64,000 bases of DNA from Octopus vulgaris (GCA_951406725.2 OX597819.1:77934001-77998000); one strand, 5' to 3'. Counted from the stretch's first letter, positions 12,121-26,834 are shown. Notes: generated by a model not told the origin, from the letters alone. Translations and numbers: made by a program.

Positions 12121-13078
12121 AGTCCACTCAGGTAATTATCTATCGTATTATTCACACCCGTAAGTGTCATGTCCAAATGTTTCTCTCCTCTGACCATACA
12201 AAGCAACAATGTGTAACGGACATTTGATTCACTGTTGGTTAATTTACAGCAAAAACCATGGTCATATTCATGTAAAACAATGATACAATGTCCACAAATA
12301 TTTTCATCAATTTCTGGTAGAACAGCTGCCATTTCTGAAGCAGCTGAATCTGTATCTTGGAGAACACAAAGGATTGGCCAACTTCGTAACATTGTATCTC
12401 ACTGTTGCGAAGTGAAATGACATGTTATGTAATGTTCAATGCAGTAGTTGTGCTCTTGCAAAAGTCTTTGCAGAAATATGAAAGTTTGTACATACAATGT
12501 AACATAATGTGAATCAGAGGATAAGGTCTACGTTTATCATAGCATGTACATGCCTTATCATGAATAACTATGATAAGGTCTGTATCATAGTGGTACATTT
12601 GATCAGACATAGATAAGAATCTAGTTGACAGAAATTGAAAAACTTTACTTTCAACACTCCGTGATCAGGTCTTAATCATGGTTTGTATAATTTCTGTAGA
12701 AATTTAATGGGTTTTTTTTTTTATAAGGGAATTTAGTGAAGCTCTTCATTTAATTTTTCCAATTCATTTGTATTTGCATGGAAAATCATCAGAGTGTACA
12801 AAGGACAATACAAGGATTACATTATGACCCGTTTGGAATAAATTAATTTGTATCCATTAGGTCTCTTTGTGTTCTAACTCGATAATAATATTTGATAATT
12901 TACGATATTTTATATAATATATTCATTGAAGAAATATCTCTTCAAAATTTAATATATGAAACTCTGTAAGAGGTTTAAATATCCTCATTGTGATATGTGT
13001 GTGTGTGTGTGTGTGTACATACATTTATAGATGCACAGACATACATCTATAAATTCTTTGTTCGTTCGCATCTATATA

Positions 13079-13330
<252 letters not shown>

Positions 13331-13564
13331 ATGGGACAGTCGGACAAGTTGTTTTGAGAACATTTTGACAACTCAGCACCGCACCGTCCTTTATATTTAT
13401 CTATACACGTGTTATATTTCAAAAACAAGAAGTATTGTCGTAATTAATATTTGTGTCAATGACCTCGTCCTTCACAGTCAATGCAACAAAATATTCATTA
13501 TTAGGGGGTAAACACGCATACAATACAAATTTACTCTATTCTACCGACTCCCTTTTCGCTTACA

Positions 13565-14110
<546 letters not shown>

Positions 14111-15064
14111 AACTACTATATATTCAGAAAAAAATAATCATTTCAAATAGTTTCGAAATAAATGTATAGACGACACATCGAAGAAAGCAGTAATTATTAC
14201 TAGTAAATATTGTGATTGTGAAATCCGCCATGAGTCCTTTATTCAGTATGTTTTATATATCTTATAAGTATCTTATAAAAAAAATTACACATACACACAG
14301 AGATACATGCTCAAAGATATAAAGATATATCTCTATAAAGAAGCAATAATGGCTGTGTGCGTCAAAGTTAACTTTCGCGCCACTACCTGATGATATCTTG
14401 TGCGAGTGTCTTCTCTAAGAATCCCAGCCTGACTAATATATTTGTTATCAACAGAGGAGTCCAGTGTAATCCATGGGAAGGAGAGGTGCAGCTGAAGTGT
14501 ACGATCGTAGAAAGTCCAGGTAGAGAATCCGTAAACGTACGTTGGGTGATGAGAGGAGACAGGATCAACTATCATTCACCATGATAGATCGCCATGATAG
14601 ATTTTTTTTATTCTCTCCCCTTATTTCTTTCCGTGTTCTTTTCTGTGGAAGAGCCCTACTAGATTTGTTAGACGGAAACTACGCTGATGCCTGGCGAACG
14701 CGCCCCGTGCTTATGTGTGTCTGTGAGCATATATTTATCTGCGTGTATATGTGTCAAATTGTGCCTTAACACTTCTGTTGTTGTATATTTCCCGTCCCTT
14801 TATGTTTCATGTATTAGCGGTTGGGCAAATGATAATTGATAAATGAGTATCAATCCGCAATTAATTATTAAGCTTGGTAGGTTAACTTAAAATACTTGAC
14901 ATGTGTACAGTAACATGTTCGAAGTCCAAAAGCTGAAGTAATATACATACATACATACATGCAAGTATCTACTGTCTACTTATCTATATACCTATTTCCA
15001 CTCTCTCTCCCACTCTCTGTCACTCTCCCTCTCTTCCTTTCACCCCGCCTGTCTCTCACTCCTT

Positions 15065-15155
<91 letters not shown>

Positions 15156-15278
15156 ATAGAGATAGGTAGATAGATAAATAGATAGATAGATAGATAGATA
15201 GAAACATACGTACGTACATACATACATACATACATACATACATACGTTCATACAAACATACATACATACATACATACA

Positions 15279-15312
<34 letters not shown>

Positions 15313-15859
15313 CATACAAGCAAGAAGAAGTAAGAGAGTATTTATAAAATGCCTGAGATACGTGTGAGTTTATGTTAGTATAAATGTGTGTATGTGTGTG
15401 CATTTATATATATATACATTTGTATGTGTATGTATTCATATATGTATCTGTGCGTCTCATAATTAATAATTATTCCCATATTTCTCATCCAGTTATAGAC
15501 CCAGTCACCGATTGACAACATCTCTATTGTTACTGTTTCTCTAACAATAAAACTGCTTAAACCAGAAACTGAACTTCTCAAAAGGCCTAGCAGATTTCCA
15601 CGACTTCCGAGATTGACGAAAATTTCAAAATCCGCGTTGATGGCCTTTGTTCGTTGCTCAACAAGTCAAAGTTTTAAGGTTACAACAGAGACAGTTATAC
15701 TGTCTTCAACTAAAGACTACGTACTCTTAAGTCAATGAATGGTCTTCGCCACAATTCTCCTAAGCTTTGCATTAATTTTTTTTTCTTTTCCTTGGTTTTC
15801 ATATTTCTCGTATATACGCACATACAAACACACACACACACACACTCATACATAAGTAT

Positions 15860-15935
15860 ATATATATATACATATATGTATGTATGTATGCATGTGTGTA
15901 TGCATGTATATATATATATATATAGATAGATAGAT

Positions 15936-15998
<63 letters not shown>

Positions 15999-16085
15999 TA
16001 CAAACATGCATACATAAACATACATAGATATACATATATATACACACATACATGCTTACATACACTCACACACACACACACATAC

Positions 16086-16127
<42 letters not shown>

Positions 16128-16166
16128 TAATGTGTGTATATATACATATATAAATATAGAGAGAGT

Positions 16167-16214
<48 letters not shown>

Positions 16215-16289
16215 TACAAACATGCATACATAAACATACATAGATATACATATATATACACACATACATGCTTACATACACTCACACAC

Positions 16290-16336
<47 letters not shown>

Positions 16337-16372
16337 TGTGTGTATATATACATATATAAATATAGAGAGAGT

Positions 16373-16404
<32 letters not shown>

Positions 16405-16473
16405 TACAAACATGCATACATAAACATACATAGATATACATATATATACACACATACATGCTTACATACACTT

Positions 16474-16537
<64 letters not shown>

Positions 16538-16640
16538 TAATGTGTGTATATATACATATATAAATATATATATAGAGAGAGTGATAGATAGATAGATAGA
16601 TGTAGATATTAAATATATACACACACAGAGACACATACAT
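15860..16640. repeat. Higher-order tandem repeat (~190-216 bp units built from microsatellites)
   Basis: GATATACAAACATGCATACATAAACATACATAGATATAC...CATGCTTACATACAC recurs at ~15995, 16211 and 16401. Confidence 0.93.
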
Positions 16641-16735
16641 ACATATACATACATTAGTATATGTATGCATATATATACATGCCTTTCTATGTATGTATGT
16701 ATGTATGTATGAATGCTTGTATGTATGAAAGTATG

Positions 16736-16797
<62 letters not shown>

Positions 16798-17033
16798 CTA
16801 AAAAATATACGAAAAATTTACAAATAAAAATTTACAAAATAAAATTTCATTTTCTTATTTTTTTATTTCTTACTTTATTTTTGTAACTTTTTATTTGAAT
16901 TTTTATCTGAATTGTGGCTTGTAATGTAGGGTCCAGCGAACTTAATTTAAACATACCTATTTTACACATACTTAAGGGTTTAAAAAAATTAAAATATAGT
17001 TTGTTGTATTGAACGTTGATAAAGTGATATAAG

Positions 17034-17128
17034 GGCCTGATGATTGGGGTTACATTTTAAGAAGAGTTCCAGGAAAACACGCAGTGGTTTAGGAACCGGA
17101 GGATGTACCTCATGAAACACGTGTAGCC
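17034..17128 (+). ncRNA. Type-I hammerhead motif with extended stem II
   Basis: GGC-CTGATGA-T-TGGGGTTACAT...GTTCC...GGAAC...ATGTACCTCA-T-GAAA-CACGTG-TA-GCC. Confidence 0.65.
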
Positions 17129-17333
17129 AAGTTATAAAACAGTAGGTATTTAAAATAAAAATTCTTTTTTATATGGTGAGATGAAAGGGCCTACTATCTC
17201 TAAATGTATGTACTTTGTATATGTACCCATTGACGTGGATGTATATGTATACTCCAGTATATATATTTGATTTTCTGTAACCTTATGTGTATGTATATTA
17301 TTATATATATACTTATATATATGTATATACATT

Positions 17334-17393
<60 letters not shown>

Positions 17394-17741
17394 TATATTC
17401 TTGTGTATGTGTATTTTGTTTCATATTTATATTAGCATTTTATATTTTTATAATTGTACTTTATAATCTCCGACGAGGACTTGAGATATATATATATCAG
17501 TAACTCATTTTTAACTGCATATTACCTCAATACATCTGACTAATACCTTTATCTACAGGCTGAAACAGCTGTAAGATCCATTTTATGTGTATTATTTTTA
17601 TGGTATTATCTTACTTATTGATGTATATTGTTTTATTTTGTTGGATTTGGATGTTTCTATTTATGTAGTTAATAAATAATATGAATTGGTAATAGCTGTG
17701 AGTCGATGATTGAAATGAAGCTGTTCCTCCATGTTCTTATT

Positions 17742-17798
<57 letters not shown>

Positions 17799-17837
17799 AT
17801 AAATCTCAGAGCGAGTTATAAACAGTAGCGGTAACAC

Positions 17838-18130
17838 ATCGTGATGAATATTTGCCATTTGAATATGGCTAACCCATAAGGGTGGATGCTACTGTAGTTT
17901 GTAGCCCAGGAAGATATCTCCTCCAGCTGGCTATAGACACACTATCTGTGTCCTCTCAGTATTTGTGAAGGGGAGTCATGACGGGGAGGATGACTCCCCT
18001 TCACAAATACTGAGAGGACACAGATAGTGTGTCTATAGCCAGCTGGAGGAGATATCTTCCTGGGGCTACAAACTACAGTAGCATCCACCCTTATGGGTTA
18101 GCCATATTCAAATGGCAAATATGCATCACG

Positions 18131-18132
<2 letters not shown>
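17838..18132. repeat. Near-perfect ~142-bp inverted repeat with a 10-nt loop, between (TA)n tracts
   Basis: Arms 17838-17979 and 17990-18132 are reverse complements with very few differences. Confidence 0.97.
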
Positions 18133-18157
<25 letters not shown>

Positions 18158-18184
<27 letters not shown>

Positions 18185-18575
18185 CGCATTCTTTTGTCAC
18201 GGGAGACAATGGAGTTGCGCTGAAACTAATCCAGTCTGGTTTTTACATTTCATGTCCTCTCCAGTTTTGCGCATGCCTGCGCTAGATGTAAGAAAATCCT
18301 GGGTAGCCCAATCGTCAGGATTCCTCTCTCAACCTTGCTGACGTTGTCCAAAGGAGTGCAGCGCATTACGTTTGGCACCAGCTTGGTTGCAGGAGCTGCC
18401 GGAAGATTGTCGAGTCGAACACTCAACCGCCTACAGGGCTCCACTACGGATTTCTTTGAAGGTTGTCGCCTTTCCTTAACCCTAGATAGAGGCCCATACC
18501 GGGTGCTGTCAGCCGGAGCCAGCTGAGCCCGGGACTCGTGTCAAGCAGGGTCGTCACTTCCTGAAGTAGTGAAGA
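18158..18575 (-). mobile_element. Short poly(A)-tailed retroposon, RTE 5'UTR-like body
   Basis: T27 run at 18158-18184 (poly-A on minus). The GC-rich body contains GGCAGCTCCTGCAACCAAGCTGGTGCCAAACGTA...CTCCTTTGGAC, recalled from RTE-clade 5' regions. Confidence 0.5.
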
Positions 18576-18669
18576 AAATCACTACCTACTACCTATGTGT
18601 ATATATATATATATATATATAAATAAATGAAAGAATGGAGTTGAACGACGAATTAACAAAATTCCCTTA

Positions 18670-18752
18670 TTCTCGACATATGTTTCGAAGGCTGCATATT
18701 CCTAATTTCGAAGGAATAAGGGGGGCATTATGCCACCTTCTCATCAAGAAAA
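18670..18752 (-). ncRNA. Type-I hammerhead motif
   Basis: Minus: TTTTC-TTGATGA-GAAGG...CCTTC-GAAA-CATATG-TC-GAGAA; GUC site, palindromic stem III, one core change (C3U). Confidence 0.7.
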
Positions 18753-19353
18753 ACAAGGAACTTATGTCAGCATCAAGATGCACAAAAACTTTTAGATGAC
18801 TGCCCACACGGAGCCCATAGCGATAATGAGCGATAATGATATGCACATACATGCATATATATATATATATATATGCATGTATGTGCATATAAATGTACAT
18901 ATATCATAAATGTATGCTTGTGTGTGTTTAAATATATATGACGATATATCAGTATTAATGCATACATAAACTCACGTGCGTGCAAGTATGCTTGTGTGTA
19001 GGTGGGCGCCTGAGCGTGTGGGTGTGTTCGCTTCATTGGCCTTATCTTGCATTGAAATTTTCTGCATGTTTATATTTTCCTATAACTATTGATCAACTCA
19101 TAAAAGCAGTCGAACACTCCATTATTCTGCCAATGTTTTCAGTCATTGGGCTGAGGCCAGACGGAGGCCATCACCTTCAATGTTTTTAATTGTTTTTGTT
19201 GCTCTCCAAACTTGTCTCTGTATGGTACTTAATTTATTGACTTCTGCGTATCGAAATGGCTATTTCGTTTTTAACTTTGATCTCTTTTATTTGTTTCAGG
19301 CATTGAACTATAGCCATGCTGGAGCATTGCCTTGAAAAGTATATTCGAATGTA

Positions 19354-20610
19354 CAGGGGTTGGACAAAATAATGGAAACACCTTAAAATTTCAAACAAAT
19401 TTATTTTAATTTGGCAATAATTACAGCTTGAATTCTACGAGGTATGAACTTGTACAAAGTTTGAATTCTTTCCAAAGGAATTTTTGTCTTTTCCTCAGCT
19501 AAAACAGTCTCCAGGTCTTGTAGTGATGATGGTAGAGGATATTGACTCCTTATTTGTTTTTCTAAAATGTACCATGAATGTTCAATAATTTTGAGATCTG
19601 GGGTCTGTGGTGGCCAGATAAGATGTTCAACTTCCCTAGAATGTTCCTCGTGCCATTCAATAACAACTTTAGCTGTGTGATTTGGTGCATTATCATCCTG
19701 AAAGATTGCGTTCCCCTCCAGAAACAGTTCTGAAACCATAGAATGAAATTGATCAGATAAAATGCTTAAATAATCTTGACTATTAATTCTGCCATGAAAG
19801 GAAACCATTGGGCCGGCGGATTTCCAAGATATAGCCCCACCAGATCATCAGAGACCCGCCTTCATGTTTAACAGTTGGAAGAAGGCAGTCTGGGTCAAAT
19901 GCTTCTTTTGGCTGTCTTCACACGTATACTCGGCCGGTGGTGGCAAATAAGGTAAAGGATGACTTCTTCAAGAAAATAACATTCTTCCATTGCTCTAGAG
20001 ACCAATTCTGCAGGTTTTTGTTCCACTCTAAACGCTTTGCAGCGTTTGTTTCTGAAAGTAGTAGTTTTCTGATTGCAACCCTTTCGTGAAATCTAGCCTT
20101 GTTCAGCTCCTGGCGAACAGTTTTTGTAGAAGTTGGGATCTCGAGGTGATCATTAAGCTCTGCAGTAATTTTGGGAGCTGTACTTTTATGATCCTTTCTA
20201 ACAATTCGCGTAAGAGTCCAGCGGTCCCTATCTGAAAGTTTGGGTTTTGTTCCAGAGTATTGTTTCGACAAGGAGGTTTTTCCTTCTTTCTCAAAGGCTG
20301 TCATTGCTTTCGAGAGAGTACTTCTCGATACACCAAACATTTCGGCTGTTTTCATTATGCTAGCACCTGCTATACGAGTACCAACAATTTGAGCTCTTTG
20401 AAAGTTCGATAGATCTGCCATTTTAATGAATTTTAATTACCTTTTTCTTATGATATCTATAAAGAAACAGTAATTTTAGCAAAACATATTAATCAACAGT
20501 AATAATAAATAAAAACAAACAAAAATAAACAAGCCTTTGACGGTTTTATAGATATTTTAAAAATATGATGTTATGATGCTAGGTGTTTCCATTATTTTGT
20601 ACGACCCCTG
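19354..20610 (-). mobile_element. Tc1/mariner transposon, full-length (1257 bp), DD36E type
   Basis: TIRs CAGGGGTTGGACAAAATAATGGAAACACCT and AGGTGTTTCCATTATTTTGTACGACCCCTG with TA on both sides; inserted into an old SINE-A tail. Confidence 0.97.
19401..20421 (-). pseudogene. Tc1-family transposase, disrupted
   Basis: MADLSNFQRAQIVG (paired-like HTH), WKNVIFLKKSSF (first D lost), FQDDNAP, WPPQTPDLKIIE; stop and frameshift between the two ORFs. Confidence 0.95.
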
Positions 20611-20820
20611 TATATAACGCCACGGTTTTATAGATATTTTAAAAATATGATGTTATGATGCTAGGTGTTTCCATTATTTTGTACGACCCCTGTATATAAC
20701 GCCACCGTTACTTAATTTTTAAGCTTGATATTTATTTTATCGTTTTCTTCTGCTGAGTCTTTAAGCTGTGAAGGCCGTAAACAAACTATGGACACCTGTT
20801 GTCAAGCCGTGAGGGACACG

Positions 20821-20863
<43 letters not shown>

Positions 20864-21778
20864 GCACACACAAACACTGTTTATACATGTATAGTGAGAG
20901 AATCGTGGAGAGAGAGAAAGGGGAGTGAGGGAGAGACGTGTGTGTGTAGTTAATAAACTCTGCTTACAAATACGTGGTTTCGGGTTCAGTCCTACGGCTC
21001 GTCATTATCCTTATTATAGTCTTCATCGCCATCAGCAGCAGCAGCAACAACACCATAGTCATTGTCGTCTTTATCATCGTGGTCAATCTACATAATTCCA
21101 AAAGTATCTATGTCATAATTATATAACATGTGGCGATGCAATGTGATGTGATATGATGCGATATGATGTGATATGATGTGATATGCTATGCGTGGATGTT
21201 TCATTCGTTGCGTGCAAACTCGCTTACGCTTTGGTGTCATTCTCCGTTAGTTCACTTGTATAGTTTACATAATGTACTTCTAATATACCGGATGGCAGTT
21301 TACATGAAACAGCCATAAATTGATGTCAATCACAAAACAAAGCCACGGGTTAGTTTCTCTTACAAACGACTGCTTCTATACAAACTATATTCTTTCCAAA
21401 ATACCTCTAATAAATTGAATAATGGAAGTATTTTCTTCAAGTCATCTTCTGAGAGTCAGACATTGATCTGTCAATGATTGGATTACGGAAGTACACGATT
21501 GTCCAAGTGATATCAATGTCATGTGACTTCATTTATGTATGTATGTATGTATGTATGTATGTATGTATGTATGTATGTATGTATGTATGTATGTATGTAT
21601 GTATGTATGTATGTATGTGGGTGGGTGTGCTTGCATACGTGCGTACGAATGTACGTAGGTCTGCATGTATATATTTATATGTGCGTGAAAGTGCAATGTA
21701 ACCGGCTTAACCCCGCCTCTCCCTCCCCCAGAAATTGGTGGACATGTGCCAAAATTTGGAATCAATATATATATTTTT

Positions 21779-21819
<41 letters not shown>

Positions 21820-21993
21820 GGAGAATTCACAAGAAAAAAAGAAACAAAAGACGAAGACAGGTGGTGTAGAGAACAAACAGATGTATAAATATAACGCTCG
21901 GGAAGTGAAAAAGTCTTTAACGTTTCGAGCCCATGCTCTTCCACAGAAAGAAACAAGGAGAGAAAATAAAGAATGAGTAGTGGCTAGCGATCT

Positions 21994-21998
<5 letters not shown>
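21820..21998 (-). mobile_element. Penelope-like terminal fragment with hammerhead-like motif, in (TA)n
   Basis: Minus: CTTT-CTGTGGA-A-GAGC-ATGG-GCTC-GAAA-CGTT-AAAG; relatives at 14581-14660, 22855-22930 and 49825-50015. Confidence 0.6.
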
Positions 21999-22056
<58 letters not shown>

Positions 22057-22068
22057 TTAATATATATT

Positions 22069-22153
22069 AGCTACTAATAGTTTCATGCGATGACAACAAC
22101 TGAGACAGCATTTTATAACACGCCTAATGCCTTCAGACAATCATCAGGTTCAT
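22069..22153 (-). ncRNA. Type-I hammerhead motif with long stem II region
   Basis: Minus: GAAC-CTGATGA...GAAA-CTATTAG-TA-GCT; the end is repeated inverted at 22154-22167. Confidence 0.5.
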
Positions 22154-22258
22154 AACTATTAGTAGCTCATAAAAATTTATACTGTGTTTATCAAATGATA
22201 TTTATCTCTCACCAGATGGCGTACTTTTTGGTTGATCTTACCATCGCGGAAAAGGTAC

Positions 22259-22316
<58 letters not shown>

Positions 22317-23075
22317 TATATATAGCGAGCTGCAACTGTCATTAGCACGTCAAACAAAATGTTTCGTCCATATTTATGCTCTGAATTCTAATTCCGACAT
22401 GGTCGACTATTATTCTCTTTATTCATGTTCCCATATGGACATATATGATTTTGACTAAAACATTTACGTATTCATGTGTGTGTGTGAGGACACGCACACT
22501 CACGCAAAGCACGCAGACACACAGCCACACGTATATATATACATTGTGGGTGCGTGTGTTTAAGTGTGCTTGTGTAAATATATATATATATATATTTGTG
22601 TGTGTATGTGTGTGTATGTGTGTGTGTGTGCGTGTGCATTTACATAACCACGGGGATAGACAGATGGCTTTCTATATGTTTTTGCTATAGATATATATGT
22701 CCGTATATCCGTATAGCAAAATATATGTCCGTATGTCCGCATAGCACAATGCCTGAAATTTGGAGGAGGGGTGACTGTCGATGACTTTGACCATAGGGTT
22801 GAACTGGTTTCATTTATATATATAGCGCTATACTAATACATTTCTTTTTCTATTCCTGAGCGCTATACTAATACATTTGTTTGTTTGTACACCACCTGCC
22901 TTCGTCTTTTGTTTATTTTCGTAAACTTTACCTTTATATATATATGGATACATAAAACCCTGCAAGGCCGCAGTCAAAGAATAAAATAACATATTATTTA
23001 TACATGTATATATAAATGATATATATATATATATCTGTGTATGTGTGTATATATATATATACATACCTGCATATA

Positions 23076-23116
<41 letters not shown>

Positions 23117-23309
23117 GCGCGCGCGTATGTGTCTGTATCTCTGTGTGTGCGTGTATGTATATGTTTGTGTGTCTGTGTCTGTGTGTTTATGTAACTATTT
23201 TCTTGTCTGGTCCATTAGTAATCTTTATTTCATTTAATGTTGCCTAGCGGGATTTAAACAACTCTTTTGTATTTGTTTGTTTGATGTTATGTCCCCCTCG
23301 TCAGCAGTC

Positions 23310-23525
<216 letters not shown>

Positions 23526-23616
23526 AGTAATTTGCGATTGCTATAATATAATTTTCTATATTGCTACAATTCTCTTTATTTCAAATCATATGTATATTTA
23601 TGTGTGTGTATGTGTA

Positions 23617-23700
<84 letters not shown>

Positions 23701-23716
23701 CATATGTATCTATATG

Positions 23717-23766
<50 letters not shown>

Positions 23767-23922
23767 CTAATATGTTCATATATATATATATTTGGGTGGC
23801 TAACTACAACGAGTATTCAAACAACCCCGTACCGAAAGAAAATGCTGCCGTTTTGCTTTTCTTTAATCTGCAAGGTAATCTTCCTCAAATTTTATTCCAA
23901 TCCCTTTATTCTCTCTCTCTCC

Positions 23923-23968
<46 letters not shown>

Positions 23969-23992
23969 GTACATACATACATACATACATGC

Positions 23993-24023
<31 letters not shown>

Positions 24024-24069
24024 CATACATACATACATACATACATACATACATACATACATACATACA

Positions 24070-24101
<32 letters not shown>

Positions 24102-24137
24102 AATCACTTTCTTGCTGTCGCTCTAACTGCCGGCCTG

Positions 24138-24240
<103 letters not shown>

Positions 24241-24616
24241 CCTGTTTCTGTGTCTATCTTTTTGTTTGTCTGTCTGTGTGTCTCTATCTATATATGTATG
24301 TATGTATGTATTACATACATACGTACATGCATGTATTGCATAAATGTATGTATGCATTACATGTATGTATGTTTATATTACATGTATGTATGCATGTTTG
24401 TATGTATTACATACATACATTAGTGCCTGTATTATATATATGTATGTATGTATTACATGTGTGTATGTATGTATGTATGTATCTTTTTTCTTATATTTTT
24501 CATTTTGGTAAAGCATCCGAGATCCCTTCCATATATATTTTTTGTATTATTTTACATCATTCCCCTTTCGTATTTCTTTCCACAACCGGGGGTATCGTTT
24601 TTTAAATTTTATATAC

Positions 24617-24664
<48 letters not shown>

Positions 24665-24874
24665 GAAAAAAATTGGGATTTTTTTTGCATTTTTTTTTCT
24701 AAAGATAGATTTATTCATTTATAATATGGTTTCTTACGTAGCCATCTTTTGTTTTGTTTTTTAATTCCAATTTCGTTAAAGCTCTCATAAAAACCAAGAA
24801 AAAAAGGACATATAGATAACACAAAAGAATAAATGAACACACACACATATCTATATATATACATATACATATAT

Positions 24875-24938
<64 letters not shown>

Positions 24939-25486
24939 ATAGATAGATTTGCAAATAAAAACTCTACAGTTCAAGACTATCTTATATCATTCGCTTCAAC
25001 TACTCTTTATTTTTCTCTTCTGCAACGTTACACTCAATTCCGTTAAATTCCACCCTTATCCCATCTTCTTTCCTTTCGTCTTTCTGACTTTTTCCGTCTT
25101 GTTTTCATTTATTTATTTATTTATTTATATATTTATATATTTATTTATTTATTGTTCCTTACTGCACATCTTCCATTTGTTTTGTTCATTTTCCCCTAGA
25201 ACCGATGCTACTACTCCTTTTCCACTTTAATAGCATTGTATTTAAATCTCTGTCTGTCCTTCTCTGTCTCATTGCCTATCTCTCTTTTTCTCTCTCTCCC
25301 CACCTCACTTTATCTCCCTTCTCTCTCTCTCTCTCCCTCTCCCCCCTCTCTCTCTCTGTCATTCCTTTTCTTAAGAACTTTCTGGCGATTACAAAATGTA
25401 CGTAGAACCGCACTTACGCACACACGCACACACATACATGGGTATGTATATAATACGCCCATATATGTATGTGTATATGTACATAT

Positions 25487-25548
<62 letters not shown>

Positions 25549-25685
25549 TGTGTGTTTGTGTTTGTGTAAAGAGAGATAAACAGATACGCAGACAGAGAGA
25601 CGGACAGATAGACAGATACGCAGATAGAGAGACGGACAGATAGACAGATAGATAGACAGACAGACAGATAGATAGACAGACAGAC

Positions 25686-25833
<148 letters not shown>

Positions 25834-26196
25834 CTATACAAACGTTGTTTACAACCATCTCTCGCCAAAATACTTTAATCTTTCCCGCCTACTTCCCACT
25901 CTTGTGGCATCTATATTATAATATCGGTTTATTCTTCATTCTTCTTCCATTTATTTCTTTCGAAATTTTTTTTACGCATTCTCTCCCCCCATTCCCTTCG
26001 TGTGTGTATCTAGATTCATGTATGCGTATGTGCATGCGTATGTGTTTACCGGTGTTTCAAAGAATATGAGAACGCATGTGCGAGCCTGATGTGGTTTTAT
26101 ACACATGTACTATCTTACATACCTGTATGCATATTCACACATAAATTTGTATATATTATGCATGAATATACAATATACAAGCATGCTTCTCCTCTC

Positions 26197-26246
<50 letters not shown>

Positions 26247-26268
26247 TATATATATCTATCTATCTATC

Positions 26269-26309
<41 letters not shown>

Positions 26310-26385
26310 CTATTTACTAACAAGACGCACACCTGCATGTTTCGTTCGATTTTGTTTATATACATTCATACACACACACATGCAT

Positions 26386-26445
<60 letters not shown>

Positions 26446-26750
26446 AGGCGTGTAATCGCTAATTTGCTTCGCAACCACATGATCCCGGGTTCAGTCCCTC
26501 TACGCGGCACCTTGATCAAATATCTTCTAATGTAACCTTATTTCTGTGTGTGTGTATCTAAAATAGTAACTAAGCAGATAGAGGGTGTTGCGTTTATTCA
26601 TGACACTACTCGCTTAAACATATGAAATCGATGCTCCAGCAGAATGGTAACCAACTTGATTTAAATAACTTTAAGAATTAAGTAACTAAATATATGCACT
26701 TTTGCACAAAGACATGCATCGATGCATTGTATGTACTACATCGACGAAAG

Positions 26751-26797
<47 letters not shown>

Positions 26798-26798
26798 G

Positions 26799-26834
<36 letters not shown>

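Noticed and set aside
15860-16640. CRISPR-like repeat-spacer array
   Set aside because: The spacers are microsatellites, the context is eukaryotic, and there are no cas genes.
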